Source: a virus
DNA: 64,000 nucleotides
Strand: one strand, 5' to 3'
Virus record (IMG/VR): IMGVR_UViG_3300044974_000943
In this document: positions 63,383-64,000 of the stretch, piece by piece
Layout of the letters: each line of letters starts with the position of its first letter
Numbering within the stretch: position 1 is the first letter of the stretch
Position numbers and translations under genes: made by a program
Notes under the pieces: model-generated
What the model was told of the DNA's origin: nothing
What the model saw: only the letters and a program-made list of their open reading frames with translations
Databases searched by the model: none

Positions 63383-64000
63383 GCCCTAATTTTAAACTAT
63401 TTATTTTTTTGGGCTGTTTTTGGTGCTATACGCTATACAGGATAAGGCTTACACGATTTTAAAATTTATTTTTTGGCTAGTAGTCTATATATGTCTAATT
63501 CTAGTGTCTAGTTATATCGGTTTACAGTGTGAGTTATTAGCTATTTAGGCGCTTGGTTATCTTGCTTGGTTGTATTGATAGGGTTTTATATTGGCTACCT
63601 ACATTTTGGGGTTTTATTTTTTGGCTGTATGTTTGTTCACTGGAATGTCATTCTATTTTATTTTAAGTTACCCGAAAGTTTTAGTAATCGTATTTAATTC
63701 TCCTGAGTGAAAGTAATCTAAAAGGATGAGTGACTTAATTAAAATCGCTCAAACGATTATACTGTATAGGATGTATAATGTACTGTATCGGATTATACAA
63801 TGCAAAGAGTGATATTTATGTGAGAGATGTGATATTTGTCTTAGGGAAGTGATAGGGTTAAGAGATAGAATGTGAGGTTTGTGTGAGGGATAGAAGGGGT
63901 TTTGTTCGTGTCATGTACAGATACGGGAAATTTTCGGGAGTGAGAATGATTATCATTTTGCTTCGACCCCCTCGATATATCGATGCTCATCAATACCCCT

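Larger units (their letters stand above)
62860..64000. other. AT-rich non-coding region, probable genome end or terminal region
   Basis: 1.1 kb without an ORF of 60 aa or more, upstream of the early genes. Confidence 0.5.

Noticed and set aside
1-64000. CRISPR array, integrase, rRNA, photosynthesis genes, capsid/portal module
   Set aside because: No regularly spaced repeats or matching motifs were seen; the core structural genes presumably lie outside the window.

Overview
This 64-kb window is a segment of a large lytic dsDNA bacteriophage genome, most likely a cyanophage. The evidence is a P-SSP7/P60-type ribonucleotide reductase, a cyanobacterial-style tmRNA tag, a cyanobacterial boxA sequence and PhoH. 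About 90% of genes run on the minus strand. From right to left there is an AT-rich non-coding end with sigma70 promoters, about 20 kb of small early/host-takeover ORFs, a non-coding RNA island (35.1-39.8 kb), and a replication/nucleotide-metabolism block (ERF, SSB, dUTPase, exonuclease, primase, RepA-type helicase, dNMP kinase, family A DNA polymerase, RNR alpha/beta, ThyX, macrodomain, RNA ligase, PhoH). Six isolated plus-strand genes are inserted singly against this flow; some encode LamG-containing virion-like proteins. Four of the six have a -10 hexamer exactly 6 nt before the ATG, which predicts leaderless mRNAs. The RNA island is the most notable part. It holds (i) a circularly permuted two-piece tmRNA whose T-loop is interrupted by a 226-nt group I intron, (ii) a short transcript carrying two circularly permuted tRNA-like domains directly behind a 254-aa uncharacterised gene, and (iii) a ~760-nt structured ORF-free RNA candidate. 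A hammerhead ribozyme, a duplicated VirE-remnant/T5orf172 module and a homopolymer-frameshifted gene are also visible. All assignments come from reading motifs by eye; no database searches were run.
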